A stretch of 64,000 bases of DNA from an uncultured Candidatus Saccharibacteria bacterium (GCA_965230925.1 OZ246403.1:68360-132359), one strand, 5' to 3'; numbered from the stretch's first letter, positions 36,812 through 47,199 are shown. The notes: generated by a model not told the origin, from the letters alone. Numbers and translations: made by a program.

Positions 36812-39226
36812 ATGAATAAAAATGAAGCATTGGTCTTGTGGTTTGACCAAGTTTCCAATGACGACGTGGCTCTCGTGGGTGGAAAGAACGCTTCGCTCGG
36901 CGAGATGTATGCCACCTTACGTCCGCAGGGTATTCGTATTCCCAATGGTTTCATTATCACCGCCAAAGGTTATCGCCACTTCATTGAGAAAACTGGTTTG
37001 AGTAAAACCATTGAGCATGAATTGTCCGGTCTCGACACAAACAACATGAAAGATTTACAAGCTCGTGGGGCAGAAATCAGACGCTCTTTTCTCGCTGTCC
37101 CTTTTCCCGAGGATTTGGCGGCAGAAGTGAAGCGGGCTTACGCTGATTTGTCTCACGCTTACAATGTATCCGAGGTGGATACGGCGGTGCGCTCTAGCGC
37201 CACGGCCGAAGACTTACCAGGAGCTTCTTTTGCTGGTGAACACGAAACATTCTTAAATGTCCGAGGAGAAAATCACGTCCTTCACGCCATCCAAGCTGCT
37301 TTCGCCTCTCTTTTTACCGACCGCGCTATTTCTTACCGAGTAGATAAGGGTTTCGATCATCAGGCGATTTCTCTCTCGGTTGGGGTGCAAAAAATGGTGC
37401 GGTCTGATCTCGGCGCTTCTGGGGTAATTTTTACCCTCGATACTGAAACGGGTTTCCGCGACGTAGTTACCATCACCAGTTCTTGGGGGCTCGGTGAGAT
37501 GGTGGTGCAAGGGAAGGTCACACCGGATGAATTCTTGGTTCATAAGCCAACTCTCCGCGCTGGCTTCGCCTCAATTATCCGGAAAAATCTCGGACCGAAA
37601 ACGATTAAAATGATTTATCACGGCTCGGGTAATAAGCCGGTGAAGGAAGTGACGACAACGAGTGAAGAACGAGAAAAGTTCTCGCTCACCGATAGCGAAG
37701 TGCTGGAGCTTGCTCGCTGGGCGCTCGCGATTGAAGAACATTATTCCACGCGCGCTGGTCACCCGATGCCGATGGATCTCGAGTGGGCCAAGGATGGTGA
37801 ACGCAATGAGCTCTACATTGTGCAGGCCCGGCCAGAAACGGTGCAAGCCGAGAAAAAAGGTTTTGTCCGAGAGGAATTTAAACTTCAAGGAACAGGCAAA
37901 ATTATTACCGAGGGCATTTCGGTCGGAGCTAAGGTGGCAAACGGCAAGGTGAGAATTATTTTGTCGCCCAAGAAACTTCATGAATTCCAAGACGGCGAAA
38001 TTCTCTTTACCGAGATTACTGACCCAGATTGGGAACCGATTATGAAAAAGGCGGCGGCGATTGTGACCGAGAAGGGTGGCCGGACTTCCCACGCGGCCAT
38101 TGTCTCGCGCGAGCTTGGGATTCCGGCGATTGTGGGCGCCAAGGGAGTGCTCGCAAAAGTAAAAACAGGTGAATTGGTTACTGTGGATACTTCCTCCGGC
38201 GATGTGGGAAGAATTTATGAGGGAGCCATTCCTTTCGAAAAGAAAAACATCAACTTGGCCGAGGTGCCAACCACGCGCACCAAAATTACCGTTAATGTGG
38301 GCGCACCAGATGGTGCCTTCATGCACGCTCAATTACCTCATCGCGGCGTGGGGCTAGCGAGAGAAGAATTTATTATCGCCTCACACATTAGGGTTCATCC
38401 TCTCGCTTTGCTCAACTTCGATCAGTTGCCGAGCAAAGAACTGAAACACAAGATTGAAAAAATCACCTTAGGTTACGCCTCGAAAAAAGATTTTTATATT
38501 CGCAAACTAGCCGAAGGCATCGCTCAAATTGCCGCCGCCTTCGCGCCCCATCAAGTGATTGTTCGCTTTTCTGATTTCAAGACTAATGAGTATCGCGCCC
38601 TCTTGGGTGGCGAACTCTATGAGCCAGAAGAAGAAAACCCCATGCTCGGTTGGCGCGGCGCTTCGCGTTATGCCCATCCTGACTTCAAACCCGCTTTTGC
38701 TCTGGAGTGCGCGGCAGTGAAGGTGGTGCGAGAAGAATTTGGGCTAAAAAATCTCCAAACAATGGTACCTTTCTGTCGCACACCGGAAGAAGGAAAAAAG
38801 GTGATTGAGGTGATGCGCGAGTTTGGCTTGGAGCAAAGCGGGGGAGAAAATGGTCTAAAAATTTATGTGATGTGCGAAATTCCGTCCAATGTTATCTTGG
38901 CCGATCAATTCCTCGATATTTTCGACGGCTTCTCAATTGGTTCCAATGATTTAACTCAACTCACCATGGGCCTCGACCGCGACTCTGGACTAGTGGCCAA
39001 AATTACCAATGAAAATAACCCAGCGGTGCGTAAATTGGTAGAAGACGCGATTACGGCCTGCAAGCGTCGAGGCAAATATATTGGCATTTGTGGTCAAGCG
39101 CCGAGCGATTACCCCGACTTTTTGCGTTTCCTCGTGCGGGCGGGGATAGATTCTATTTCCCTCAACCCCGACTCGGTGGTGCCAATGACCTTCGAGGTGG
39201 CGGAGGAAGAGAAAAGCTTGTTTTAA
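36812..39226 (+). CDS. ppsA: Phosphoenolpyruvate synthase
   Basis: GGKNASLGEM, RSSATAED, QARPETV, GGRTSHAAIV, SIGSNDLTQ, ICGQ. Confidence 0.97.
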   Translation: MNKNEALVLWFDQVSNDDVALVGGKNASLGEMYATLRPQGIRIPNGFIITAKGYRHFIEKTGLSKTIEHELSGLDTNNMKDLQARGAEIRRSFLAVPFPEDLAAEVKRAYADLSHAYNVSEVDTAVRSSATAEDLPGASFAGEHETFLNVRGENHVLHAIQAAFASLFTDRAISYRVDKGFDHQAISLSVGVQKMVRSDLGASGVIFTLDTETGFRDVVTITSSWGLGEMVVQGKVTPDEFLVHKPTLRAGFASIIRKNLGPKTIKMIYHGSGNKPVKEVTTTSEEREKFSLTDSEVLELARWALAIEEHYSTRAGHPMPMDLEWAKDGERNELYIVQARPETVQAEKKGFVREEFKLQGTGKIITEGISVGAKVANGKVRIILSPKKLHEFQDGEILFTEITDPDWEPIMKKAAAIVTEKGGRTSHAAIVSRELGIPAIVGAKGVLAKVKTGELVTVDTSSGDVGRIYEGAIPFEKKNINLAEVPTTRTKITVNVGAPDGAFMHAQLPHRGVGLAREEFIIASHIRVHPLALLNFDQLPSKELKHKIEKITLGYASKKDFYIRKLAEGIAQIAAAFAPHQVIVRFSDFKTNEYRALLGGELYEPEEENPMLGWRGASRYAHPDFKPAFALECAAVKVVREEFGLKNLQTMVPFCRTPEEGKKVIEVMREFGLEQSGGENGLKIYVMCEIPSNVILADQFLDIFDGFSIGSNDLTQLTMGLDRDSGLVAKITNENNPAVRKLVEDAITACKRRGKYIGICGQAPSDYPDFLRFLVRAGIDSISLNPDSVVPMTFEVAEEEKSLF

Positions 39227-39229
39227 ATT

Positions 39230-40399
39230 ATGGCGAAAATTACCAAACTGGAAGCTAGAGAAATTCTTGACTCGCGCGGTAAACCAACCCTAGAAATCAA
39301 GCTCAGCTCTGGCGACTTGTTTGGTGTGGCACAAGTGCCGTCAGGGAAATCGACCGGTCGGCACGAGGCGGTAGAGTTGCGTGATGCATCAGGAAGAATT
39401 GAGCCAGCTTTGCGGGTAATTGAAGAGACCGTCAAACCAGTTTTGCTCGGGCAAGAAGTGCACCAGGGTCTAGACCAAACCCTGCTCGAACTCGACGGAA
39501 CCGAAAATAAATCGAAGCTGGGTGGCAATACGATAATTGGCCTCTCCATGGCCACAGCTAGGCTCGCAGCGCGGGTGGAAAAAGTAGAACTTTGGGAATA
39601 TTTGGCCGATTTAGCTAGCACTAAACCACACAAGCCAAAATTATTTATGAATCTGATTAACGGAGGCGTGCATGCCGACTTTAGACTGCCATTCCAAGAA
39701 TATATGGTGGTGGTAGAGAGTTATGCGCAAGGGAAAAATTTGTTCGAGAAATTAAAGCAAGAAATTGCTACTCAATACGGTGAGGTGCCCTACGGTGACG
39801 AGGGTGGTCTCTCGCCCGAGCTAACTAAATTAGAGGAGCCGTTCGAAATTTTAACAAGATTAATTACCGGGGAACCAAACGTTAGCCTTGCTATTGACGC
39901 CGCCGCCTCGGAACTCTGGCAAAACGAAATTTATACGCTGAAGAATCAAGAATTCACGGCCGCCGAATTAACCGATTTTTATCTTGAATTAACAAAAAAG
40001 TATCCGCTCCAAAGTATTGAGGACCCCTTTGCCGAAGATGAAATCGAGAGTTTCCAGAACCTGACTCGCCAGGTGAGTGAAGAAATTCTTGTGGTTGGCG
40101 ATGATTTAACAGTCACTAATCCCAAGCGCTTGAAAACCATGATTGAGCAAAAAGCGGCCAACGCCCTCATTATTAAACCCAATCAAATTGGGACAATCAG
40201 CGAAACTTTAGAAACAATTAAATTGGCCCATGAAGCCGGTTGGCAAACTATTGTCTCGCACCGTTCTGGTGATACGCTCGATGATTTCATTGCCGATCTT
40301 GCTTATGCCATTGGCGCTTATGGTCTCAAGGCCGGCTCACCCGAACCCCCCGAACGCCGCGCTAAATACGAAAGGTTAGAAAAGATTGCGGGAGAATAA
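39230..40399 (+). CDS. eno: Enolase
   Basis: ILDSRG.PT, GDEGG, IEDPF, VGDDL, KPNQIG, SHRSG. Confidence 0.95.
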   Translation: MAKITKLEAREILDSRGKPTLEIKLSSGDLFGVAQVPSGKSTGRHEAVELRDASGRIEPALRVIEETVKPVLLGQEVHQGLDQTLLELDGTENKSKLGGNTIIGLSMATARLAARVEKVELWEYLADLASTKPHKPKLFMNLINGGVHADFRLPFQEYMVVVESYAQGKNLFEKLKQEIATQYGEVPYGDEGGLSPELTKLEEPFEILTRLITGEPNVSLAIDAAASELWQNEIYTLKNQEFTAAELTDFYLELTKKYPLQSIEDPFAEDEIESFQNLTRQVSEEILVVGDDLTVTNPKRLKTMIEQKAANALIIKPNQIGTISETLETIKLAHEAGWQTIVSHRSGDTLDDFIADLAYAIGAYGLKAGSPEPPERRAKYERLEKIAGE

Positions 40400-40408
40400 C
40401 CAAAAACT

Positions 40409-40482
40409 TGGTGGACCTACGGGGAGTCGAACCCCGACCTGTTCCATGCCATGGAACCGTTCTACCGCTATACTATAGGCCC
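40409..40482 (-). tRNA. tRNA-Ala(GGC)
   Basis: Cloverleaf; GTTCC-AT-GGC-AT-GGAAC; G3.U70; CCA. Confidence 0.95.
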
Positions 40483-40630
40483 TTGGAGTTAAATTATCCT
40501 TAATTTTAAGAAAGACGCAACCGAGGAAATGAGTCTCTGGACTTATTTACACAATAATGGTAGTTTAAGTGTCGAGGTTTTGGGAATTGATAGATATTTG
40601 ACAACCGAAAACGGAAAGGAGAGAGAACTC

Positions 40631-40972
40631 ATGGCGACAAACAGAATGGAAAGGGTCCTGAAAAAGGAACTCCGCAATAGAGATTTGCGTCTCGTATGGA
40701 GTCCTAAGCCGGGACACATGAAAAGGGATGAGTTGGTGGTTTTCGGGGCAGAGCAAAAGGTTGGCTGTAAGGCCAAGAAACAACTCAGCATGGCTTCACC
40801 CATGCCTGTGGTCAATGAGTACCATGAAGCTTTTCTTCGGTCGCTCGAGCTGGCTGGTGTTCCGAGAAATTGTCTTCACTCTACCTACGTCCATGTTGGC
40901 CGGGGAAAGATCTGGCCAACCTTTATCGCTCGGATTACTCAGGAGAGTTTCCGGGTGATCAAGGAAAGGTAA
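40631..40972 (+). CDS. Orphan hypothetical protein
   Basis: AAGGAG SD before ATG 40631; terminator 40990-41028. Confidence 0.55.
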   Translation: MATNRMERVLKKELRNRDLRLVWSPKPGHMKRDELVVFGAEQKVGCKAKKQLSMASPMPVVNEYHEAFLRSLELAGVPRNCLHSTYVHVGRGKIWPTFIARITQESFRVIKER

Positions 40973-41043
40973 CTCCGTTGTTTTTTTCAGGGTCCGCTGT
41001 CTTCACGATGGCGGACCCGTTTTCTTTCTGATATATTAGCGCG

Positions 41044-41259
41044 ATGTTTAAAGAATTTTTGATGAAGAAGATGCTCAAGCGCCAGGGCGTGCCGGAGGAT
41101 CAAGTGGAGAAAGTGCTCGCGATTATGGAAAAAAATCCAGACTTGTTTAAGCAAATCGCCGCCGAAATTCAGGCGAAGATGCAAAGCGGCATGGACCAAC
41201 AAGCCGCCGCGATGCAAGTAATGCAAGCGCATCAAGAAGAATTGAAGAAAATTTTGTAG
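41044..41259 (+). CDS. Small Met/Gln-rich helical protein
   Basis: Host-like codon usage; TGaTATATT 6 nt upstream; abuts ychF. Confidence 0.8.
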   Translation: MFKEFLMKKMLKRQGVPEDQVEKVLAIMEKNPDLFKQIAAEIQAKMQSGMDQQAAAMQVMQAHQEELKKIL

Positions 41260-42240
41260 ATGTCTCTCTCAATTGGAATTGTGGGTCTGCCAAATGTCGG
41301 GAAGTCGACATTGTTCAATGCGCTGACGGGGAAGGGGGTGCCGGCGGAGAATTATCCGTTTTGTACTATTGATCCATCGGTCGGGATTGTGGGTGTGCCC
41401 GACGATCGCTTGGCGAAATTGACCGAGTTTAGTAAATCGGCAAAGACGATTCCGGCGGCGATTGAGTTCGTCGACATTGCCGGGTTGGTGAAAGGTGCCT
41501 CGAAGGGTGAAGGCTTGGGGAATCAATTTCTCTCGCATATCCGCGAGGTGGATGCCATTCTCCACATGGTGCGAGTGTTTGCCGACGACAAAGTGACGCA
41601 TGTGAACAATAAAGTTGATCCTTCGGGTGATATCGAGACAATTGGTCTTGAACTTATCTTGGCCGATCTCGCGACGGTAGAGAAGCGGCGAAGTAATTTG
41701 CAAAAAGAAGTGAAGCGGGGAGATAAAATGTCAATAATGGAAGATGGGGTGCTCGCGCGAGCAGAAGCTTTATTGAAGAATAGTGAGCCCGTGTCGCGAC
41801 TAACTTTCGCGAGTAAAGATGAGGAAAAAATTTTAAAAGGGATGCACCTCTTGAGTGCGAAGCCGATGCTCTATGTACTCAACACCTCAAGCGCCACAGA
41901 AAATGCGGTGGCAGAGATTAAAGAAAAGTTGAAAGGAGAAATTTTTGTCGAGATTGATCCGGTCTTCGGCACCGGCCTCGATGATCTCATTAAAGCGAGT
42001 TATAAATTACTCGGTCTCGCGACCTACTTTACGACTGGAGAAGATGAGACACGGGCATGGACTTTCAAAATCGGCTCTACGGCGCCAGAAGCGGCGGCGG
42101 CGATTCACACCGACTTCCGCGAGAAGTTTATTAAAGCTGATGTCATCAATTGGCAAGATCTCCTCGCCGGTAAACATTGGCACCTCGAAGGCAAAGAATA
42201 TCTCGTCAAAGACGGGGATGTAATTGAGTTTAGGATATGA
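41260..42240 (+). CDS. ychF: Obg-like ATPase YchF
   Basis: GLPNVGKST, NYPFCTI, DIAGLV.GAS.GEGLGN.FL, DGDVI.F. Confidence 0.95.
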   Translation: MSLSIGIVGLPNVGKSTLFNALTGKGVPAENYPFCTIDPSVGIVGVPDDRLAKLTEFSKSAKTIPAAIEFVDIAGLVKGASKGEGLGNQFLSHIREVDAILHMVRVFADDKVTHVNNKVDPSGDIETIGLELILADLATVEKRRSNLQKEVKRGDKMSIMEDGVLARAEALLKNSEPVSRLTFASKDEEKILKGMHLLSAKPMLYVLNTSSATENAVAEIKEKLKGEIFVEIDPVFGTGLDDLIKASYKLLGLATYFTTGEDETRAWTFKIGSTAPEAAAAIHTDFREKFIKADVINWQDLLAGKHWHLEGKEYLVKDGDVIEFRI

Positions 42241-42303
42241 AAAAACAAAAAAAATAATCGGGAGACACGAGGTCTCCCGATCAAAAGAAGGCTTGTTGGT
42301 AAC

Positions 42304-42717
42304 CTAAGTTTTCATCTTTAGGCCTCCCCATTTAATCTCTTTCCTCCGGTAGATAGTTTCTGGTGACAAAGCAAAGAGTTGGGTTACAACCCAAGACTGG
42401 GTTTGCTCGTTCTTGAGGAACAATTCCCCCAAGAGGGCCTGGATATTGGTCTCCAGAAGCGGCGCTTTTACTGCCGCGTTTTGCAAGCCGGTGACGCCAA
42501 CAATGAAATTCAACCCGGCAAGGTACTTACCCGAGGAGGGAAAAATTCCCCTGGTTTCAATTTCAATGTCGTGGACGTTTAGTTCTTCCCCGTTGATGCC
42601 GTTTGAGTGCGCCTCCGGAAACATCCCAAACAAGAGCCTCTGTAAACGGAACTGGAATTCAGCGTTGGTTCCAACATTGGCCAACTCAGAAACGTAATTC
42701 AAACGCAAAGTAATCAT
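42304..42717 (-). CDS. Orphan hypothetical protein, cassette A
   Basis: Promoter 42757-42800; terminator 42256-42282. Confidence 0.65.
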   Translation of the reverse strand: MITLRLNYVSELANVGTNAEFQFRLQRLLFGMFPEAHSNGINGEELNVHDIEIETRGIFPSSGKYLAGLNFIVGVTGLQNAAVKAPLLETNIQALLGELFLKNEQTQSWVVTQLFALSPETIYRRKEIKWGGLKMKT

Positions 42718-42756
42718 AACTCCCGCCTTTCCTAAACATTTTGATCGTCACCATGA

Positions 42757-43413
42757 CGACCTCTGCCGGAGAATTATACAGATTTATGACTTCTTGTCAA
42801 CCTAGATATGAAAAACCGGCCGAGAGTTTCGGCCGGTTTTTGGGAACTTGTGGGAGGGTGAAGAACAGGAAGGTGTCTCACTCGGCGAACAAGCTGAGGC
42901 ACTTTCCACGGGGTAGCGAGGCGCTGGCCTGCCAACCACCAATGTTGAGTCTGAAAAAAACAGGATCTCCTACGTCCCCGTCGATCGTCAGTTCCGCCTT
43001 CTCCACCAGAACAAAAGACAGGGCCTGCTTTAATCGAGACACTGGATCAAACCCGGTACCGCCCAGATCGTTTACTGAACGGAGAAAGAGGTTTAGATCG
43101 ACGGTTACATCTCTTGGTACGATAGCGAGCTCGAGCTGTCTATCGAAGAGAATTGTGGGATATGGTTCGTCCCCGAATGGGTCCTGCTCATCATCAAAAA
43201 TTAATTCGACTCTCCATTGTCCCCGCACATAATCGGGAAAAATTGAGCAGAAGAGATCTTTCACCAACGTAACCCCAGACGGTTTGATTGTCTTTATCCT
43301 TCCCCAGCCATTAGTGTCCTCAATGTGCATGTCGCACCTCCTTTTTTCAATTTCGAGTCGCTACAACAGCGACCTCTGCCCGAGAATTATACAGATTTAT
43401 GAGTTCTTGTCAA
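42757..43413 (-). repeat. Direct repeat: two 44-bp promoter units at 42757-42800 and 43370-43413
   Basis: 42/44 identical; each reads TTGACA-16-TATAAT on the minus strand. Confidence 0.9.
42878..43330 (-). CDS. Orphan hypothetical protein, cassette B
   Basis: AAGGAGGTG SD; promoter 43370-43413; terminator 42811-42842. Confidence 0.7.
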   Translation of the reverse strand: MHIEDTNGWGRIKTIKPSGVTLVKDLFCSIFPDYVRGQWRVELIFDDEQDPFGDEPYPTILFDRQLELAIVPRDVTVDLNLFLRSVNDLGGTGFDPVSRLKQALSFVLVEKAELTIDGDVGDPVFFRLNIGGWQASASLPRGKCLSLFAE

Positions 43414-43459
43414 GCAAATGATTTTTTCTTAGGTTCTGCTAAACTTCTGTAAATTAGAC

Positions 43460-46117
43460 ATGAAAGGCAAGAAAAAAACCTATTTACTCGTTGAGTTCCC
43501 GTATCCATCCGGCGATGGTTTGCACGTGGGTCATGTGCGTAGTTACACGGCGATGGATATTGTGGCGCGGAAGCGGCGAATGCAGGGCGAAGAAGTAATG
43601 TACCCAATGGGTTGGGACGCTTTTGGTTTGCCCGCCGAGAATTACGCAATCAAAACTGGCATTAACCCCGCCATCACGACAAAGAAAAATATCGACACTT
43701 TCCGCCGACAGCTTAAGGCTTTGGGAATTTCTTTTGACTGGAAACGGGAGGTGAATACGACCGATCCGAATTATTACAAATGGACGCAGTGGTTATTCTT
43801 ACAATTCTTTAAACAAGGTTTGGCGTATAAATCGAAGTCAGAAATTAATTGGTGTCCAAAAGATAAAATTGGTCTCGCGAATGAGGAGGCGATTGGTGGC
43901 GTGTGTGAGCGTTGTGGGACGAAAACCGAGAAGCGCGAGAAAGAACAATGGATGCTCGCGATTACGAAGTACGCTGATCGACTTGATAAAGATCTTGATC
44001 TCGTGGATTACCCCGAGCCGGTGAAGTTGCAACAGCGCAACTGGATCGGGAAAAGTGAGGGGTGGGAAATTGATTTCGATAATATTAAAGTTTTTACCAC
44101 CCGGCCGGACACCATCTTCGGTGCGAGTTTTGTGGCTATTGCGCCGGAGTTAGCGAAAAAGTTAACGGGCAAAGATTTTGGTATTAGGGTTGATAATGAT
44201 CGGGAAAATAAGGAGAAAGTGGGTGCTGATACTGGTTTGCGGGTAAAGAATCCGGCCAGTGGCGAAGAATTGCCAGTGTGGGTCGTGAATTACGTCTCGG
44301 CCGACTACGGCACCGGCGCCATCATGGGCGTGCCTGCTCACGACGAACGTGATTTTGAATTTGCCAAGAAATACAACTTGCCAATTAAAGCCGTGGTAAT
44401 GCCAAGCCTAACTGATTACTCTAATCCACCGCGGGAAGGGAAAGAAAACACTTTCCGCAATATGGTGCTCGGTATTCTGCACAATCCAAAAACAAAAAAA
44501 TATCTGGTTCTGAAGTGGAAGAAACAGCCGTGGATCGGTTTTGTTACCGGAGGAGTTGAAGAAGGAGAAAATCATGCTGAAGCGATGAAACGTGAAATCG
44601 CTGAAGAGACTGGTTATACCAACACCAAATTGGTGAGAAGCTTAGGAATGACTGAGGCGTACTTTTTTGCCGCGCACAAAGATGTGAATCGTCGAACTCA
44701 TGGTGAACACTTCTTGTTTGAACTACTTGATGAAACCAGAAATGAAGTGAGCAAAGAAGAGCAAGAATTGTATGATTTTGAATGGCTTTCTTTCGACGAG
44801 CTCAAAGCGACGCGATTGCAACACACTGAGTCGCCAATGCTCTTAGACCGAATCGCCACGGGAAAAGATTTTTTCACCGGCTCGGGCCGAGTTTTCAACT
44901 CGGGAGAGTTCTCTGATCTCATGAGCGACGAGGCGAAAGAGGAAATCGCCAAAGAAGTAGGCGGGAAAAAGGTGACGACATATAAACTCCGCGATTGGGT
45001 GTTTAGCCGGCAGCGGTACTGGGGTGAGCCAATTCCAATGATTTATTGCAATGATTGCGGGTGGCAGCCGGTCCCGGAGAAAGATTTACCGGTCAAATTG
45101 CCGAAGATGGATAAATATCAGCCAACGGATAATGGCGAATCGCCACTCGCGAATATTAAAAAGTTCGTGGAAACAAAGTGTCCAAAGTGTAAGAGCAAAG
45201 CGCGCCGAGAAACAGACACAATGCCCAACTGGGCTGGATCTTCTTGGTATTACCTCCGGTACACTGATCCCAAAAACAAAAAAGAATTTGCGAGCAAGAA
45301 AAATCTTGAACATTGGCTGCCAGTAGACTGGTACAACGGCGGCATGGAGCATACCACACTTCACCTGCTCTATTCCCGTTTCTGGCACAAATTCCTGTTT
45401 GATCAAAAGCTTGTGCCGGGCAAAGAACCGTATGCCAAACGCACATCGCATGGTCTCATTCTCGCTTCTGATGGCGAAAAGATGAGTAAATCGCGGGGGA
45501 ATGTAATTAATCCCGATGAAATTGTGAAAATGTATGGCGCCGACGCCCTGCGGCTCTACGAAATGTTTATGGGCCCCTTCGAGCAGGCGGTCTCATGGCA
45601 GACTGAGAGTATTATTGGCGTGAAGCGCTTCTTGGAGCGAGTGGAAAAAGCGGGGAGGAAGGTGAGTAAAAAAGCTTCTGATCACCAGCTTGATATTTTA
45701 ATCAACAAAACTGTTCAGAAAGTGAGCGATGACATAGAAGCGATGCGCTTCAACACCGCCGTGAGCGCGCTGATGATTGCACTCAATGAACTGGAGAAGG
45801 CAGAGAAAATCCCAGCTAAAGTGTGGGAGACTTTCTTAACCCTACTTTCGCCCTTTGCGCCACATATCGCGACCAAACTAAAAGCAGGTAAAAAGTGGCC
45901 AATCTATGACCCGAAATTGGTGGGCGAAGAAAAAAAGAAGCTTTCTGTCCAAATTAATGGCAAGGCTCGGGGAATTCTCGAAGTCTCTGGGGCTGAAACT
46001 GAGGCGGAAATTCTTCAACTCGCTGAACAAGAAGCCAATCTCGCCAAGTGGTTCTCTGGCAAACCTCTCAAAAAAGTTGTCTACCAACCAGGAAGGTTTA
46101 TCAACCTCATTGTTTGA
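43460..46117 (+). CDS. leuS: Leucine--tRNA ligase with an inserted Nudix domain
   Basis: HVGH, GTGAIMGVPAHDERD, DW.FSRQRYWG, KMSKS; Nudix box 44549-44617. Confidence 0.97.
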   Translation: MKGKKKTYLLVEFPYPSGDGLHVGHVRSYTAMDIVARKRRMQGEEVMYPMGWDAFGLPAENYAIKTGINPAITTKKNIDTFRRQLKALGISFDWKREVNTTDPNYYKWTQWLFLQFFKQGLAYKSKSEINWCPKDKIGLANEEAIGGVCERCGTKTEKREKEQWMLAITKYADRLDKDLDLVDYPEPVKLQQRNWIGKSEGWEIDFDNIKVFTTRPDTIFGASFVAIAPELAKKLTGKDFGIRVDNDRENKEKVGADTGLRVKNPASGEELPVWVVNYVSADYGTGAIMGVPAHDERDFEFAKKYNLPIKAVVMPSLTDYSNPPREGKENTFRNMVLGILHNPKTKKYLVLKWKKQPWIGFVTGGVEEGENHAEAMKREIAEETGYTNTKLVRSLGMTEAYFFAAHKDVNRRTHGEHFLFELLDETRNEVSKEEQELYDFEWLSFDELKATRLQHTESPMLLDRIATGKDFFTGSGRVFNSGEFSDLMSDEAKEEIAKEVGGKKVTTYKLRDWVFSRQRYWGEPIPMIYCNDCGWQPVPEKDLPVKLPKMDKYQPTDNGESPLANIKKFVETKCPKCKSKARRETDTMPNWAGSSWYYLRYTDPKNKKEFASKKNLEHWLPVDWYNGGMEHTTLHLLYSRFWHKFLFDQKLVPGKEPYAKRTSHGLILASDGEKMSKSRGNVINPDEIVKMYGADALRLYEMFMGPFEQAVSWQTESIIGVKRFLERVEKAGRKVSKKASDHQLDILINKTVQKVSDDIEAMRFNTAVSALMIALNELEKAEKIPAKVWETFLTLLSPFAPHIATKLKAGKKWPIYDPKLVGEEKKKLSVQINGKARGILEVSGAETEAEILQLAEQEANLAKWFSGKPLKKVVYQPGRFINLIV

Positions 46118-46170
46118 CACAGTTGACTAAAAATAGATAGGATGATAGAAATAAGGTAATTATTAAAAAT

Positions 46171-47199
46171 ATGGCCAAAATGAGCCCAAATTTTAAGCCC
46201 AAGGAGGTGGTCAAAGGCCTCTTAATTAGTCTCCCAGAACGCTCACAAGACGTGATCCGGAAGCGCTATGGTTTGGACGCTGAGGAAGGTATGACGCTCG
46301 AAGCAATCGGGCAGATTTACGGTATTACTCGTGAGCGCGTACGCCAGATTGAGGAAGCCACGCTCAAGATGATCAAGAAGTCTGAGCACTTTGCCCGTCT
46401 TGCGGCTGAACTTGAGGAACTTAAGTCGGCGCTTGAGGATTACGGTGGTATTGCCCATGAAGGTGAATTCCTCCGCCATCTCCACGACCATCCTACGACC
46501 CAAAACCAAGTGAACTTCCTCTTGGTACTTGGTGACGACTTCGTTCGCCTTAAGGAAGACGACGATTTCCATCATCGCTGGACGGTCAATAAAGGATTGG
46601 CCGACCGCGTGCATGTGGCGCTTAATAAACTCGCCAAAGAACTCGGCGAAGACGATTTGCTTTCCGAAAAAGATATTGTTTCTAAGCTCTTGGCCAAACT
46701 TGATGGCGACACCAAGGATGATCTCTTCCGTGAACGTGGTCGCCGCTGGCTCGCTATTTCTAAGAAAATTGGCGCTAACCCTGTAGGTGAATGGGGCCTC
46801 GCTGTTTCCCCTAATGTCCGCCTCCGCGGTATCCGTGATTACGCCTTCCTCGTACTCCGACGCCATGGCTCGCCGCTCCACTTTACCGAAGTGGCCAAGG
46901 CTATTGAATCTTCTTTCAAACACCGCGCCAATGCCGCCACTTGCCACAACGAACTCATTAAAGATGACCGTTTTGTTCTCGTGGGTCGCGGTCTCTACGC
47001 ACTTACTGAGTGGGGTTACACCCGCGGTGTCGTTCGTGACGTTATTCGCGCCCTCATTGAGAAGCATGGCCCAATGACCGAGAAAGAAATTATTGACCGC
47101 GTGATGAAGGAGCGCTATGTGAAGGAAAACACCATTCTCGTTAATCTCCGCAATAGCAAAAACTTTAAGAAAAACAGTTCCGGCAAATACACAGTCTAA
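46171..47199 (+). CDS. Sigma70 region-4 HTH plus HARE-HTH-like conserved protein
   Basis: TLEAIGQIYGITRERVRQIE; HNELIKD.RFVLVGRGLYAL.EWGY. Confidence 0.85.
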   Translation: MAKMSPNFKPKEVVKGLLISLPERSQDVIRKRYGLDAEEGMTLEAIGQIYGITRERVRQIEEATLKMIKKSEHFARLAAELEELKSALEDYGGIAHEGEFLRHLHDHPTTQNQVNFLLVLGDDFVRLKEDDDFHHRWTVNKGLADRVHVALNKLAKELGEDDLLSEKDIVSKLLAKLDGDTKDDLFRERGRRWLAISKKIGANPVGEWGLAVSPNVRLRGIRDYAFLVLRRHGSPLHFTEVAKAIESSFKHRANAATCHNELIKDDRFVLVGRGLYALTEWGYTRGVVRDVIRALIEKHGPMTEKEIIDRVMKERYVKENTILVNLRNSKNFKKNSSGKYTV

